NCBI GenBank assembly: GCA_002104905.1
Contig: MCFE01000056.1
Location: 131,545-195,544, forward strand
Direction: 5' to 3'
Length of the DNA stretch: 64,000 nucleotides
Source of the DNA: Basidiobolus meristosporus CBS 931.73
Taxonomy: Eukaryota > Fungi > Basidiobolomycota
The notes under the pieces are model-generated. The model saw only the letters and a program-made list of their open reading frames with translations. It searched no databases and had not been told where the DNA came from. The translations under genes were made by a program, and so were the position numbers. Positions 63,084-64,000 of the stretch are shown here, one piece after another (within the stretch, counting starts at the first letter, position 1; each line of letters starts with the position of its first letter).

Positions 63084-63097
63084 TTAGGGTTAGGGTT
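63084..63097 (+). repeat. Interstitial telomeric repeats TTAGGGTTAGGGTT
   Basis: Directly visible at the LINE 5' boundary. Confidence 0.9.
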
Positions 63098-63240
63098 GCG
63101 CGCTGTGACTGCTTTTTACGATCGCAAGGTCAGAACCTAGGAAAAAATAAAAATAGTTAGTAAAGGTGATTTAATGGATGGATGGATGGATTCGGAGTCA
63201 GATTCAATCAAAAAATCAAATCGTTGACTAATTTAAAGAG

Positions 63241-63770
63241 GGTTAGGGGGAGGAAAGTCACCAAGTGGTGAAATCTTTATTTACTTATGACAAGTATCTA
63301 AAGAAGCCAAGTTAATCTGAAGTTATTCCTAGAAAGCTAGGTCTGAGAGATATCTTCCTGGTAAGCCAGGTCTGAGAGTTGAGAAGCTGAGTGGTACTAT
63401 ATTTCCTAGTTAGCTAGGTCTGAGAGAGGTTTCCTGGAAAGCCAGGCCTGAGAAGTGAGAATCTGAATATATCTGAGCTAAGTTATACTGGTTTGCGGTA
63501 GCTGAATTGTGGCCGGAATGGCCAGTAGACTGGGGGAACTGAGATGAATTTCTGGGCGATCACTGGCCAAATTTACTAGGCAAATCTGACCAAATAGCAT
63601 TTCAAGGATTTCAGCCAATCAGAGCCTTTACTTTGCCCGATGGTTGATCAAGCCATCTCCCAATGAGCACACATCAATTTATTGATCAAATTTTGCTGGA
63701 TCCAGGATTTGAACCCACAACCATGAGTATGGAAGGGTTAGGGATAACCACAAGGCTAAGTGTTCTTGGT
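63241..63770 (-). mobile_element. Telomeric tRNA-derived SINE, copy 2, abutting the telomere
   Basis: Near-identical to 58141-58670. Confidence 0.85.
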
Positions 63771-64000
63771 GGGTTAGGGTTAGGGTTAGGGTTAGGGTTA
63801 GGGTTAGGGTTAGGGTTAGGGTTAGGGTTAGGGTTAGGGTTAGGGTTAGGTTAGGGTTAGGGTTAGGGTTAGGGTTAGGGTTAGGGTTAGGGTTAGGGTT
63901 AGGGTTAGGGTTAGGGTTAGGGTTAGGGTTAGGGTTAGGGTTAGGGTTAGGGTTAGGGTTAGGGTTAGGGTTAGGGTTAGGGTTAGGGTTAGGGTTAGGG
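63771..64000 (+). repeat. Telomere (TTAGGG)n, ~38 units, one TTAGG variant near 63846-63850
   Basis: Direct; runs to the end of the window. Confidence 0.99.

Noticed and set aside
63663-63854. ORF ending in (LG)n
   Set aside because: Translation of the SINE head antisense plus the telomere

Overview
Right-hand end of a fungal chromosome (spliceosomal introns, fungal-type housekeeping proteins, terminal (TTAGGG)n). An early-diverging lineage such as Zoopagomycota is plausible but cannot be established from this window. Five zones are visible. (1) 1-10.4 kb: CpG-depleted nested transposon debris (Gypsy, Copia, CACTA/Plavaka-like, a 734-bp foldback element). (2) 11-30 kb: CpG-rich housekeeping genes (DUF4396, GCNA/SprT, CDF Zn transporter, triple-FHA Rad53/Chk2-like kinase, PMI, calmodulin, TyrRS, HD hydrolase, eL8, uS15m). 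(3) 30-45 kb: secreted Gly-rich proteins, a CAP protein, and a 13-copy tandem array of small secreted Asp/Tyr/Gly repeat precursors with Kex2-type sites, interleaved with four identical tRNA-Arg(TCG) genes. (4) 46-48 kb: an intronless Bacteroidota-like CoA-disulfide reductase-rhodanese-TusA gene, a likely horizontal transfer. (5) 48.5-64 kb: subtelomere. The most striking system here is a telomere-attached LINE/SINE pair. A 4.4-kb APE-RT LINE has two intact in-frame ORFs separated by one UGA-CUA readthrough-type stop and contains no CpG in its coding region. A ~530-bp tRNA-headed SINE shares the LINE's 3' stem-loop and telomere-complementary CCCUAACC tail. Both are stacked head-to-tail in the orientation expected for reverse transcription primed on the G-strand chromosome end. 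A decayed stack of the same elements at 51.5-53.2 kb looks like a fossil chromosome end. All calls come from reading the sequence; no searches were run.
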